A DNA stretch of 64,000 bases from the IMG/VR virus record IMGVR_UViG_3300037466_002980, positions 298,811 through 362,810 of that record; one strand, given 5' to 3'. This stretch comes from a virus (taxonomy: Duplodnaviria > Heunggongvirae > Uroviricota > Caudoviricetes). Under the pieces are notes generated by a model that was not told the origin of the DNA, did not search any database, and worked only from the letters and a program-made list of their open reading frames with translations. A program made the position numbers and the translations under genes. This document shows, in pieces, positions 26,358 through 35,424 of this stretch (positions are counted from its first letter, which is position 1; each line of letters starts with the position of its first letter).

Positions 26358-27389
26358 ATGCAAGATATCTTTCTACTAATTGATAAGAATAGGAATATTT
26401 CTTTAAACAAATATATCATTATAAAGAAAACATTCGAATCATTTCATTTAACCGAAAATATATTGTTGCAAATGGTTGATAGTTGTTCAACTGAATATTT
26501 CTATGTTATAAGTCCCAAAAATGATGTTTCTTTTCTATTTTTTGATTTTAAGTTTAAACCAATAGATTGGGATAAGGAATACATGCACATCTGGAATAAC
26601 GATTCCACGATAAGATTATTTCATAAGGAAACAGTAAGAAAGAATCCACATTTGTTTACTGATAGCTTTCTAAGAAGAGGTAAGACTGAAATAAAATCCT
26701 TAACGTACAAAGTTCCTCCTTTAGATATTATTTTTCTTAGCTATGATGAATTATATGCTGATGAAAATTACCAAAAACTAAAATCTAGATTTCCGCGAAC
26801 CAAACGTATTCATGGAGTGAAGGGAATTATGAATGCACATATTGAAGCAGCTAGAATTTCTAATACAGAGTATTTCTATGTTGTAGATGCTGATGCTGAG
26901 ATATCACATTCATTTAATTTTGATTATCTCCCGAGTGCATGGGACTTAGATTCTGTTCATGTATGGTATTCACAAAATCCAATAAATGATTTGGTATATG
27001 GTTATGGTGGCGTGAAATTATTTCCTAGGAAGAAACTTCTTGACCTAATAAATGGTAATATAGATTTCACAACTGGTTTGGGAAGTTTTAAAGTAATACC
27101 GGAAATTAGTAATATAACGCAATTCAATATGGATCCATTTTCAACATGGAGAAGTGCATTTAGAGAATGTGCTAAATTGGCTTCTAAAATTATACCTAAT
27201 CAAGATAATACAGAAACCGAGGAAAGATTAAAAATTTGGTGTACTATTGGTACTGACAGAGATTTTGGAGACTTGGCTATCGCAGGCGCCAATGAAGGAG
27301 CCGAGTTTGGAAGGAAATTTGCCGACCAACCAGAACAATTAAAATTGATTAATGATTTTGATTGGTTAGCTGAAAGATACTCTAATTAG
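26358..27389 (+). CDS. glycosyltransferase resembling family 2 (GT-A fold)
   Basis: 'LDIIFLSYDELYADE' resembles the first nucleotide-binding motif; 'GVKGIMNAHIEAARISNTEYFYVVDADAEI' resembles the 'NxGxAxARNxG...YIxFLDxDD' pattern; only plus-strand gene in this stretch. Confidence 0.45.
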   Translation: MQDIFLLIDKNRNISLNKYIIIKKTFESFHLTENILLQMVDSCSTEYFYVISPKNDVSFLFFDFKFKPIDWDKEYMHIWNNDSTIRLFHKETVRKNPHLFTDSFLRRGKTEIKSLTYKVPPLDIIFLSYDELYADENYQKLKSRFPRTKRIHGVKGIMNAHIEAARISNTEYFYVVDADAEISHSFNFDYLPSAWDLDSVHVWYSQNPINDLVYGYGGVKLFPRKKLLDLINGNIDFTTGLGSFKVIPEISNITQFNMDPFSTWRSAFRECAKLASKIIPNQDNTETEERLKIWCTIGTDRDFGDLAIAGANEGAEFGRKFADQPEQLKLINDFDWLAERYSN

Positions 27390-27715
27390 CAATACTTGCC
27401 GAGACTATCTTCAACCATTTTATTAATATCTTCTTCTAACCTATCCGTATTTACGAATATTCTTACATCTTTCATTCTTTTGAAGACTTCATCTAAATCT
27501 TCCCAAGAAATGTCACCTTGTAAAGGAATAGGATGTGTAATATCATCACCATTCAATTCGACCACTGTGCCATCTAGATATTGAACTAATACTTGATCCA
27601 CATACTTGGCTGGAATTTCTTTCGCATCAATTTCTTTTACAATTCGGTCAAAGATATTAGGCTTTGACACTCGGTTAATGGCCCTGTCAAGGTTGAAGTT
27701 TGTTTTCTTACTCAT
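27386..27715 (-). CDS. hypothetical protein
   Basis: 109-aa ORF. Confidence 0.4.
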   Translation of the reverse strand: MSKKTNFNLDRAINRVSKPNIFDRIVKEIDAKEIPAKYVDQVLVQYLDGTVVELNGDDITHPIPLQGDISWEDLDEVFKRMKDVRIFVNTDRLEEDINKMVEDSLGKYC

Positions 27716-27743
27716 TACAATCTCCCAAGTATCTATTATTTAC

Positions 27744-27780
27744 CAAAAAAATAACCGGCCATAAAATAACCGGTTATTGA
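27744..27780 (-). terminator. rho-independent terminator
   Basis: 8-bp stem ATAACCGG/CCGGTTAT followed on the minus strand by a T7 run. Confidence 0.5.
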
Positions 27781-27797
27781 TTTAGTTGGAGATTTCT

Positions 27798-28553
27798 TTA
27801 AATTCTTTCAGCATCTCTTCTGAGTTTAGCTTCAACCTTATTGTTCAATACTGTTTCAGCCTTTTCGACTTTGGCAGAGGCTGCCTTAGCCCTATCACGT
27901 TCGCGTCTTTTATTCTTACGATCTTCCAACTTTTGAGCCTTCAACTCATCTGGTGTAGCTGGTCTGCCCCTTGTTGGTTTGAGATCTGGAGCCATGGCAT
28001 AAGCTAATTCTCTTTTTGCAGCGGCATCCGCTTCGAGAGCTTCAGCTTGTTGAATTAATGCTTTGGCATTTGCAGTTGGATCCTGCATCTTCGCAGCTAA
28101 TTCCTCAGCTGCTTTTTGCCTTTCTTCTGGAGTTCTTGTATCAACTTTTTCTTCCGGCTTCTCGCTTTGCTTTTTATTATATTCATCCAATTTCTTATCA
28201 ATGGTTGCATTAATAAGTCCAAGAGGAACTGGTTGATTTGGAAGAGGATACATTGTTATATTCGAAACTGGTTCCTTTCTGAGGAAACCCTTCTGGTGAA
28301 GTGTAGATAGGCAGTTAGTTCCATCCGGAAATGTTCTGCGATTTAAAACTTCAAAAAAATCGTTTGTTTCTAATGCTTCCCTGCTATTCAAAATTTGAAT
28401 AACTGCATCGTGATAACTGTCCGGTAATCTTTCTGTTTCTACAATAAGACAAGAGCTATCATCATTTGGTAATTTTCTAAAAACTACCGCTACTCTAACT
28501 CCAGTATTGGTTAATTGCCCCATGTGTTTCTTTAAATTTTCAATATTAGCCAT
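27798..28553 (-). CDS. hypothetical protein with an Ala/Lys/Glu-rich coiled-coil C-terminal half
   Basis: 251-aa ORF; GC-richer than the flanks. Confidence 0.5.
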   Translation of the reverse strand: MANIENLKKHMGQLTNTGVRVAVVFRKLPNDDSSCLIVETERLPDSYHDAVIQILNSREALETNDFFEVLNRRTFPDGTNCLSTLHQKGFLRKEPVSNITMYPLPNQPVPLGLINATIDKKLDEYNKKQSEKPEEKVDTRTPEERQKAAEELAAKMQDPTANAKALIQQAEALEADAAAKRELAYAMAPDLKPTRGRPATPDELKAQKLEDRKNKRRERDRAKAASAKVEKAETVLNNKVEAKLRRDAERI

Positions 28554-28791
28554 TGTTGCTTTCCTTATTTGATTGATCGGTTGCTGATAGGAATTTAGCT
28601 AATCTATCATAGACTGTTCCTACCATTAATAAATCTGCTGCTCCAAAGGCACCGCGTCTGGTAGCTAGATCAATTATTTTCGCTAAATTCTGAAGGTCTG
28701 CCACAGATAATTGAACCTGTGTTTCCTGTTTTACAGCTTCAGGTTGTTTTTGTGCTTCCTTTTGCTGAATTTCCTTTTGTGGATTTGCCAT
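28546..28791 (-). CDS. hypothetical protein
   Basis: 81-aa ORF; Gln/Glu-rich N-terminus. Confidence 0.4.
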   Translation of the reverse strand: MANPQKEIQQKEAQKQPEAVKQETQVQLSVADLQNLAKIIDLATRRGAFGAADLLMVGTVYDRLAKFLSATDQSNKESNNG

Positions 28792-28864
28792 ATTTCTCCC
28801 TAATTATATACCAACATATTTATCATTTCGTCCAATTAATTCTGAATTTCATGGTAAAAATAGC

Positions 28865-28896
28865 CAAAAAAAGAGCCCCTTAAGGGCTCGATTTTC
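28865..28896 (-). terminator. bidirectional rho-independent terminator
   Basis: stem GAGCCC/GGGCTC with loop CTTAA, flanked by an A7 run and a T-run. Confidence 0.55.
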
Positions 28897-28909
28897 GATT
28901 TCGGAAGAC

Positions 28910-29509
28910 TTAATCTTCCTGTGATTCGGTGCTGCTATGATGTGCAGAACCTGACACCCTAATTAGGTGTTCTGGCCAATCTATGAAGTTTTTCCAATAC
29001 TCATCTCTAATATGTAAGGGTAGAGACTTTCGTTTATTCAAAATTTCATAGTAGCTTGGCTTGTATGGCTTCTTGATCGGAAGAATGGTATGATCGTTTC
29101 CTTTCTTACTATTACAATCCTTACATGAAGTGCATACGTTTACCCAGTTGGTCTTACCACCATCTGATTTTGGCAATACATGGTCAAGGGTTAATTCTGA
29201 TACCTTCACCTTACCGTGTAATTCCTTACACCTATTTGTAATTTGAAGCTGGCATGAGAAATCATCCCTAAGATAGACGTTGGAACGACTATATTTCAAA
29301 TGCTTACTCCATTTTACAAATTCAGTCATAATCACAATAGAAGGAACTTTCATTTCCAAATGTTGTGATCTAACTACCCAATCGTCGTATTCTTTGATAA
29401 CTTTTACCTTACCAAGAAAAAGAAGACGTAAGGCTACCTGCCAAGTAATGACAGATAACGGAACTTGTGAAAGTGGTGTCCCGTCAGCATTGAGCAAGAG
29501 TACATCCAT
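28910..29509 (-). CDS. HNH endonuclease
   Basis: 'LDHVLPKSDGGKTNWVNVCTSCKDCNSKKG', an HNH motif with a zinc-binding Cys pair. Confidence 0.55.
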   Translation of the reverse strand: MDVLLLNADGTPLSQVPLSVITWQVALRLLFLGKVKVIKEYDDWVVRSQHLEMKVPSIVIMTEFVKWSKHLKYSRSNVYLRDDFSCQLQITNRCKELHGKVKVSELTLDHVLPKSDGGKTNWVNVCTSCKDCNSKKGNDHTILPIKKPYKPSYYEILNKRKSLPLHIRDEYWKNFIDWPEHLIRVSGSAHHSSTESQED

Positions 29510-29577
29510 AATAACCTATTTTATTTGATATTTCTATTTTACAAATTTTCTTCGAAAGAAGTCAACTGAAAATAATG

Positions 29578-29853
29578 TTAGATTGTGAGATTTTTAATAT
29601 AGCTTTGAAGATCTTCTGGTATGCCTTTTAATTTCATAGCAGTTGCATCTTCTTCATTATTGAAATCGACACGTATAATTTCGTCCCACCACGAATATGA
29701 AATATTTCTTAGATTGGGACTTGCCAAGACAGTTGTATATTTGATTTCTTGGTTACAGATTCCTTCTGCCCAATCTTCAAAAAACATTCTAAGGATTGAT
29801 TCTTTATCTTTTGTCGTACTTATCTTGTAGTATAAAGAAGTTCTATACATCAA
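29578..29853 (-). CDS. small protein of the terminal-motif family
   Basis: 'FNNEEDATAMKLKGIPEDL'. Confidence 0.45.
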   Translation of the reverse strand: MMYRTSLYYKISTTKDKESILRMFFEDWAEGICNQEIKYTTVLASPNLRNISYSWWDEIIRVDFNNEEDATAMKLKGIPEDLQSYIKNLTI

Positions 29854-29883
29854 AGATCCTTTATCTTTGATGTATTTATCTTC

Positions 29884-30168
29884 TTATGAAGGCATTTTAA
29901 GAATCTCTAGATTAATTGCACGGATGGCAGCCTCTGCGTCTTTTCTATAATCGCGCTTAGAATGCTCATCCTGAGGACTATTTCCATACCAGAGTCGATC
30001 GAAAGTCTGATCAACGGATTTTTCAAGAAGAGCTTCGGGATAATTTGAAGATCCTCCGTGTGTTCTGTTCAATGTTTCTACCACTTCGCGGTGAAAACGA
30101 TCATGAGCAATTGCTTTTGCAATCAATTCAATAAATTCTTGATTGTTAGGGATAAGATATTGACTCAT
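29884..30168 (-). CDS. hypothetical protein
   Basis: 94-aa ORF. Confidence 0.4.
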   Translation of the reverse strand: MSQYLIPNNQEFIELIAKAIAHDRFHREVVETLNRTHGGSSNYPEALLEKSVDQTFDRLWYGNSPQDEHSKRDYRKDAEAAIRAINLEILKMPS

Positions 30169-30347
30169 GTGTTTCCTTTGCTAGTATTTATCTTCGATCT
30201 ACCTTTATAATATTTCACTATTCTATCACCAACGACATACAGTGAAAGCCAAAATGGTATCCATGCCCAGATTGTTACCGGTCCTACAAAAATCCTTACA
30301 AACAGGACTGCAAGTATCCAGGAAATTGGTATTAATAAATTATTCAT
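30165..30347 (-). CDS. small membrane protein
   Basis: hydrophobic 'ISWILAVLFVRIFVGPVTIWAWIPFWLSLYVV'. Confidence 0.4.
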   Translation of the reverse strand: MNNLLIPISWILAVLFVRIFVGPVTIWAWIPFWLSLYVVGDRIVKYYKGRSKINTSKGNT

Positions 30348-30552
30348 ATATGTTTAATTGTGAGTTACGGAACTTTCTATATTCTTTGTATGTCCAGTTA
30401 TGTTTTTCAAAAAATTTATTACGTTCTTTCATATATTCTTCTTCTGACTGATTAAAGATATTTCTGTTATCAGTTACCCAATTAAGAAAATAGGATCTCA
30501 TTTCAGTAAATGAAATTCTTTTCAATCGACTGAATGTATCATCTTCAGTCAT
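30340..30552 (-). CDS. MTEEDTF-family small protein
   Basis: internal start 'MTEDDTFSRLKRISFTEM...HNWTYKEY'; 8-nt ATGACTGA overlap. Confidence 0.55.
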   Translation of the reverse strand: MTEDDTFSRLKRISFTEMRSYFLNWVTDNRNIFNQSEEEYMKERNKFFEKHNWTYKEYRKFRNSQLNIYE

Positions 30553-30823
30553 ATATCTTTTCTCTTTCCTTCTTATATTCTTGAAGTGTCCATCCATGAC
30601 TTTCGAAAAATTTATCACGTTGTATAATCATATCTTCCCACGATGGAAATATATGATTATCGGATGCCCATTGGATGAAATATTCCCTCATCTTATTAAA
30701 GGGAGGTTTTTTTAATTTTCTAAATACTTCATCCTCAGTTGAAATATCTTGCATCACTAAATTCCTTTGATGTCCAATAATGTTTTTTAAAGAATTTTTC
30801 TCTTGCCACTTCAAATTTATCAC
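30545..30823 (-). CDS. MTEEDTF-family small protein; the probable start is M24 at 30754
   Basis: 'STEDEVFRKLKKPPFNKM...HGWTLQEY'. Confidence 0.5.
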   Translation of the reverse strand: MINLKWQEKNSLKNIIGHQRNLVMQDISTEDEVFRKLKKPPFNKMREYFIQWASDNHIFPSWEDMIIQRDKFFESHGWTLQEYKKEREKIYD

Positions 30824-30923
30824 GTTCTAAAAGAGCTGTTTCAGCACAAAATTCTCCATAGAGATCCCACATTTTTTCCTTTGAAGGTCTCTTTAATATT
30901 CTAAATATTTTATCCTCAGACAT
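30735..30923 (-). CDS. MTEEDTF-family small protein
   Basis: 'MSEDKIFRILKRPSKEKM...HYWTSKEF'. Confidence 0.5.
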   Translation of the reverse strand: MSEDKIFRILKRPSKEKMWDLYGEFCAETALLERDKFEVAREKFFKKHYWTSKEFSDARYFN

Positions 30924-31110
30924 AATTCATAAAATATTGTTGCATCCATTCTTCCCAGGTCCATCCAAGTTGGTTGAAGAATTTTTCGCGATTTTTTAAG
31001 AAATCCTTATCCACGACATTTCCCGGTATATCTAACCAAAGTTTATATTTTTCCCATGCTTCGAGAAACGTGGACTTCTTAAGAGTATTAAACGTATCTT
31101 CTTCAGTCAT
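30916..31110 (-). CDS. MTEEDTF-family small protein
   Basis: 'MTEEDTFNTLKK...LGWTWEEW'. Confidence 0.55.
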   Translation of the reverse strand: MTEEDTFNTLKKSTFLEAWEKYKLWLDIPGNVVDKDFLKNREKFFNQLGWTWEEWMQQYFMNYV

Positions 31111-31297
31111 TTGTTTTAATGTTGTCTCTTTCTAGAATGAATTCCTTATATGTCCATCCATGTTTTTCTAATAGTGTAGAAAACATTGTTTTATCTGTAA
31201 GATCAATTAACCATGCCTTATAAGTTTCCATTATTACATTAAAGGGTGGTTTCTTTAAAATTCTAATTAATTTGTCTTCAGATGATTCTTCTGTCAT
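31103..31297 (-). CDS. MTEEDTF-family small protein
   Basis: 'MTEESSEDKLIRILKKPPF...HGWTYKEF'. Confidence 0.55.
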   Translation of the reverse strand: MTEESSEDKLIRILKKPPFNVIMETYKAWLIDLTDKTMFSTLLEKHGWTYKEFILERDNIKTND

Positions 31298-31470
31298 TCT
31301 CTTTTCTCTATGAATTCTTCATATGTCCAACCATGTTTATCTAGTAAATCATGTACTGGTGTTCTGTCCGTAAAATTGAATAACCATTTGTTATAGATAC
31401 TTGTCATTTCCTGCAGACTTACTCTTCTTAGAATTCTAGCTAACTTATCCTCCGAAACTTCCCTGTCCAT
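31294..31470 (-). CDS. MTEEDTF-family small protein, 58 aa (below the ORF-track cutoff)
   Basis: translated by hand: 'MDREVSEDKLARILRRVSLQEM...HGWTYEEF'; ATGA junctions on both sides. Confidence 0.45.
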   Translation of the reverse strand: MDREVSEDKLARILRRVSLQEMTSIYNKWLFNFTDRTPVHDLLDKHGWTYEEFIEKRE

Positions 31471-31661
31471 CACTCGTCTCTAATAAGGTTAAACGGCATG
31501 TCGTTTAATGCCAGCTTATATGCCTTGTTTAATCCTGCAATAATGCCAGAATAATACCGCCTTACGCCCGGGTCAGCGGTCCTGTGCTCGAGTTGTGTAA
31601 AATGATCGGACATTTTATCAATCTGTTCAAGAAATTTGTCTTTTTCTTTCATACCAGGCAT
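31470..31661 (-). CDS. hypothetical protein
   Basis: 63-aa ORF; GC-richer. Confidence 0.35.
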   Translation of the reverse strand: MPGMKEKDKFLEQIDKMSDHFTQLEHRTADPGVRRYYSGIIAGLNKAYKLALNDMPFNLIRDE

Positions 31662-31836
31662 CCCTTTGAGTTACAAATTCATCTAATGTCCAACCATTCG
31701 TCTCTAGAAATTCAGATATACCAATGTGCGTTACTTTCTTATTGTCATCCCAATACCAGTTATAATATAAATTATAAATTTCTACAAAGGTAGGTCTCTT
31801 TAGTTTTAGAAAAAGCCAATCCTCAGAATTTTCCAC
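31627..31836 (-). CDS. MTEEDTF-family small protein
   Basis: 'MENSEDWLFLKLKRPTF...NGWTLDEF'. Confidence 0.5.
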   Translation of the reverse strand: MENSEDWLFLKLKRPTFVEIYNLYYNWYWDDNKKVTHIGISEFLETNGWTLDEFVTQRDAWYERKRQIS

Positions 31837-31853
31837 CAGACGTTATTTCCTTT

Positions 31854-32234
31854 TTATGGTTTGCATTCCAAACCGGTTAAATCAGCATGAGATGTAAAGG
31901 TTCTGTTTTCTGGTATCTCATCCATCCAGTAGGTTCCGTTTGAGACCTTATGGAAATGCATATCATTCCAGGTAATCAAAAACATACCATGCCAGACCCC
32001 ATCATCTTTTTCTCCGGATGTTTGTTCTGGACCATAATCAAGAAAGAAACCCCATGCTTCATCATAACAGATTTTTTGTGCATGTGGATAATTTCTTGCC
32101 ACAGCATCAAACGCATGTGATAAATCCGGCCAGTCGGCTTGAGTTTGAGTAGATGAGGTAGTTTGTGGTGGTTCACTCTTTTTACCACATGCTATTAAGG
32201 AACATGCCAAGAGAAGAATAATTAAATTTTTCAT
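31854..32234 (-). CDS. lipoprotein
   Basis: signal peptide with a lipobox, 'MKNLIILLLACSLIACGKK'. Confidence 0.5.
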   Translation of the reverse strand: MKNLIILLLACSLIACGKKSEPPQTTSSTQTQADWPDLSHAFDAVARNYPHAQKICYDEAWGFFLDYGPEQTSGEKDDGVWHGMFLITWNDMHFHKVSNGTYWMDEIPENRTFTSHADLTGLECKP

Positions 32235-32437
32235 TTTAGATACTTACTGTAATATTCGTTAAAATGTTTATTCATCATTTTATTATATTCATCTGATGTC
32301 CATCCATAATTTTTCATAAATTTATGCCATTCTTCCGTTGGCATATAACCCGTTTCCCTATTCCGTTTTATGACCAACGACATCATTTCAAATATCGTTG
32401 GTTTTCTTAATGCATTGAATGTATCTTCTTCGGTCAT
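32231..32437 (-). CDS. MTEEDTF-family small protein
   Basis: 'MTEEDTFNALRKPTIFEM...YGWTSDEY'. Confidence 0.55.
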   Translation of the reverse strand: MTEEDTFNALRKPTIFEMMSLVIKRNRETGYMPTEEWHKFMKNYGWTSDEYNKMMNKHFNEYYSKYLK

Positions 32438-32613
32438 TATAAACAATCGAGGTAAAATTTCTTTCGTATAAATTCTTCAGTAGTCCAGCCATATTTGTTC
32501 AGAAATTCTTCTAGATCCCGGCGTGCGGTTCCGGTATATTTTCTATACCATATATCATCTATTTCCGAAAATGATAATTTCTTTAATCTTAAGAATGTGT
32601 CGTCTTCAGTCAT
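32437..32613 (-). CDS. MTEEDTF-family small protein, 58 aa (below the cutoff)
   Basis: translated by hand: 'MTEDDTFLRLKKLSFSEI...YGWTTEEF'; ATGACTGA and TAATG junctions. Confidence 0.45.
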   Translation of the reverse strand: MTEDDTFLRLKKLSFSEIDDIWYRKYTGTARRDLEEFLNKYGWTTEEFIRKKFYLDCL

Positions 32614-32812
32614 ATGATCTTATTCTATTATAATAATCATCTTCTACTGCTTGATGGTATTCGGCATAATTCCAGCCGTTTGTTTCTAACAATCGAAAAA
32701 ATTCTTCCTGTCTTGCAGGCCAATCATCTACAAAGTGTTCCTTCGTAACTAATTTCATCATTTCTTGGTATGGTATTCTTCTGAGACGATTAAAGGTGTC
32801 TTTTTCAGTCAT
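32606..32812 (-). CDS. MTEEDTF-family small protein
   Basis: internal start 'MTEKDTFNRLRRIPYQEM...NGWNYAEY'. Confidence 0.55.
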   Translation of the reverse strand: MTEKDTFNRLRRIPYQEMMKLVTKEHFVDDWPARQEEFFRLLETNGWNYAEYHQAVEDDYYNRIRSYD

Positions 32813-32996
32813 AGAATTTTGACCTTCTTCTTTCTCTTTCATCGTCAAATTCATCAACTGTCCAATTACCTTCATTCAGCAATGATCTATAACTTCTATC
32901 ATCGCTCCAATTTCTTGCCCAATCTGTAACCTTCCGATCCATTTCATCAAAAGAAATTCTTTTTAGTTTTCGAATAAGTTCAATTTCTGAGCTCAT
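32805..32996 (-). CDS. MTEEDTF-family small protein
   Basis: 'MSSEIELIRKLKRISFDEM...GNWTVDEF'. Confidence 0.5.
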   Translation of the reverse strand: MSSEIELIRKLKRISFDEMDRKVTDWARNWSDDRSYRSLLNEGNWTVDEFDDERERRRSKFYD

Positions 32997-33044
32997 AGCT
33001 ATATTATATGATTTTGATCATTGGAGGGCAAAGACACCTCAAAA

Positions 33045-33075
33045 GAAAACCCACCTTTTGAGTGGGTTTTCTGGT
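33045..33075 (-). terminator. rho-independent terminator
   Basis: stem AAAACCCAC/GTGGGTTTT followed by a T-run; immediately downstream of the vWA gene. Confidence 0.5.
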
Positions 33076-33091
33076 CTCCTCCTGTTAAGGA

Positions 33092-34288
33092 TTATCGACG
33101 ATTTTGCGGGCTATGCGCATCGGGTTCGTACCAGCATGTCATGCCATGCGGTGCGGTAATGTTATGTCTAGCATCGCCGTGAATGACAAACACACTTTCG
33201 CACCAATCCGGATCGCCCCAGCCGTCGCCGGTATAACCGTCAGTAAACATGATGAATCGCTCGGGTTGCAATTCATTGTCTTTCATGTATTGCCAATTCA
33301 CATCAAACGATGTGCCGCCGCCACCATGAATCTCATATGTATCGATGTCGTCGAGATTTTCTGCCGTAAAGCGTTGGTGGTTGTAAACACGAGTATCGAA
33401 ACACCAGACATCCAGGTCGAAGTCGGTAAACTGCTCCATAATGCCTTTCACTTCAGTAAGAAGGTCTCGAAGCATATCGTCCGACATAGAACCCGAACAG
33501 TCAATTGAAACTGCTGCCTTAACTTTTTCTTGATCCTTCTGTCCCGGAAGGTAGAAACCAGCGGATTGCGCCTTACGCGAACAACGCATCCAGGTAAAGT
33601 CATTCTTCAGCATCGATTTCAGGCGCATCTGAAGAATTTCTCGCCAATCCATTTGCGGATCAGTGAGGTCCTTCAACATACGACGCACACCAGCCGGCGT
33701 ATTTCCAGCACCAGCTGCCTTGGCGGCCTGCATCACCGCAGCACGGATCTCATCCGACAGCATACGGCGTTCTTCTTCGGTCATCGGTTCACCCTTGCCA
33801 TCTCCAGGTTCCAGGTGAATATCGAAATCACCAAAGTTGCCAGCATTGGGGTCATCAAGAAGTTTTTCGTAAACTTCTTCTGCGAACATACCCTTGTATT
33901 TCGGATCGAAGCAAGGAGTTACGCCGGATGTCTTGGGATCGGGAAGTTTGCCGATATTGTGTTCGTGCAGTTCCCAATTGATAACAAAGTCTGCCGCTGC
34001 GTTCCACAGTTTCGGCTTACGGCTACCACGACGACTCATGTGGTCATACACGCAGTGTTCCACTTCGTGTGCCACAAGGAATACGGTTTCTGGTTTGGTC
34101 AACTTCAGAATGAAGTTACGGTTGTAGTAGAAGTAACGTCCGTCTGTTGCAGCAGTCGGACACCAATCCTCTTCAGTCGCATCTTTCAGAATAAGACGTG
34201 TTGCCAACGTCCCCCAGAAAGGCTGTTGAAGCAGCAACGAAATACGTGCCCGCGTCAGTTGCTCTTTGGCTTTTTCCTTGTCATCCAT
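33092..34288 (-). CDS. putative HExxH metallopeptidase domain fused to a vWA domain (DUF2201-type partner of MoxR-like ATPases)
   Basis: 'VAHEVEHCVYDH' HExxH motif in the N-terminal half; C-terminal 'VSIDCSGSM' (DxSxS MIDAS motif) typical of vWA; GC-rich island; the plus-strand ORFs on it are antisense. Confidence 0.55.
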   Translation of the reverse strand: MDDKEKAKEQLTRARISLLLQQPFWGTLATRLILKDATEEDWCPTAATDGRYFYYNRNFILKLTKPETVFLVAHEVEHCVYDHMSRRGSRKPKLWNAAADFVINWELHEHNIGKLPDPKTSGVTPCFDPKYKGMFAEEVYEKLLDDPNAGNFGDFDIHLEPGDGKGEPMTEEERRMLSDEIRAAVMQAAKAAGAGNTPAGVRRMLKDLTDPQMDWREILQMRLKSMLKNDFTWMRCSRKAQSAGFYLPGQKDQEKVKAAVSIDCSGSMSDDMLRDLLTEVKGIMEQFTDFDLDVWCFDTRVYNHQRFTAENLDDIDTYEIHGGGGTSFDVNWQYMKDNELQPERFIMFTDGYTGDGWGDPDWCESVFVIHGDARHNITAPHGMTCWYEPDAHSPQNRR

Positions 34289-34303
34289 GTTAATGTTTCC
34301 TGG

Positions 34304-34486
34304 TTAAATGTCATCTGCACAATTTCTCTCACAATCCTCACAGCAATTGCACAACGTATAATCGTTGTGTATTTCTGTGGAAAAAGGACAGGTATGTGGT
34401 GATTGTGCAATTCCGCCACACCTTCTTAAACAATAACCATGCATCAATACCTGCATGGTTTTATCCATCTCATTATCACCTGTCAT
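34304..34486 (-). CDS. Cys-rich small protein
   Basis: 60 aa with 8 Cys ('CNCCEDCERNC'). Confidence 0.4.
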   Translation of the reverse strand: MTGDNEMDKTMQVLMHGYCLRRCGGIAQSPHTCPFSTEIHNDYTLCNCCEDCERNCADDI

Positions 34487-34538
34487 TGTTATTTGTTATG
34501 CCTATAGTGTATTGTAATTTCTTTTTGCAGTCAACAGG

Positions 34539-34715
34539 TTACTTTTGATTTTCCACTTCTCTAATTAATGCTTGTGCCAGATAACAAGAACGTTCAGTCC
34601 CAGCTACCACCAAAGAACCTTCTAACACCCAACCCTGATTTAATAGGTCTGCAACTTTTTTTGAAAAATACGCATCTTGAGTGGTACTTTCGACTATTAC
34701 CTTATATTCTATCAT
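34539..34715 (-). CDS. 58-aa hypothetical protein
   Basis: translated by hand: 'MIEYKVIVESTTQDAYFSKKVADLLNQGWVLEGSLVVAG...'; ATGA overlap with the upstream gene. Confidence 0.4.
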   Translation of the reverse strand: MIEYKVIVESTTQDAYFSKKVADLLNQGWVLEGSLVVAGTERSCYLAQALIREVENQK

Positions 34716-35035
34716 TCCTCACCTTCATATTCTTCTAATGCGGTCCGTAACATTTCCATTCCAATACTCGTACATTCATCTGAATTGCTACCCATAATTA
34801 CGGAGAGCCTAATTGTTAATGGAATAATTATACTTTCGAATAAGATCTCATTAGATTGTAATTTCTCAATGGATTCAATTTCATGATCATATCCAGTTTC
34901 AATTCCATATTTCTTAATTTCTTCTTGACGTATTCTTTCAAGAAGAATAGTACCCCAGCGTCGAAGAACCCAAATAGGACATTCCTCTGCAGTAATATGT
35001 CCATCACCATGTTTAATTACATCAAACAAGCTCAT
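34712..35035 (-). CDS. hypothetical protein of the 'M-S-L-x-x-V-I-K' paralog trio
   Basis: 'MSLFDVIKHGDGHITAEE'. Confidence 0.45.
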   Translation of the reverse strand: MSLFDVIKHGDGHITAEECPIWVLRRWGTILLERIRQEEIKKYGIETGYDHEIESIEKLQSNEILFESIIIPLTIRLSVIMGSNSDECTSIGMEMLRTALEEYEGEE

Positions 35036-35109
35036 TTTAATCCCTCGACGAAAATCCTTCTATTCTTAGTAATCATCTAATAATAGCATACTTTCATAGA
35101 AATATGCGA

Positions 35110-35424
35110 TTATGCTCCGTATTTTACAAGAAAATCCTTCAAAACTTCTTCTAATTTATTTTCAGCATTATTGTTATAAACAGAATAATATAAACTCACC
35201 ATGTGAGAATGCCACATATTTATAGAATGAGCTCTATCAAGAATATAATCCCATAACATTCTTTCTTCAACTTGCTGTGAATAGGAAAGTTTTCCTTTAT
35301 CTTTTCTTTCTAAAATACACCTACTTCCATATTTCAAAAATGATTTATAAAGTGTAAGTGGAAGAATTCTACCGGCGTTACGAAAAGTAACATCAGAATA
35401 TTTAATCACATGAAGTATCGTCAT
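35110..35424 (-). CDS. hypothetical protein of the 'M-S-L-x-x-V-I-K' paralog trio
   Basis: 'MTILHVIKYSDVTF'. Confidence 0.45.
   Translation of the reverse strand: MTILHVIKYSDVTFRNAGRILPLTLYKSFLKYGSRCILERKDKGKLSYSQQVEERMLWDYILDRAHSINMWHSHMVSLYYSVYNNNAENKLEEVLKDFLVKYGA

Noticed and set aside
33104-34402. plus-strand ORFs 33104..33508, 33530..34402 and 33894..34127
   Set aside because: Antisense artefacts over the GC-rich HExxH-plus-vWA gene.
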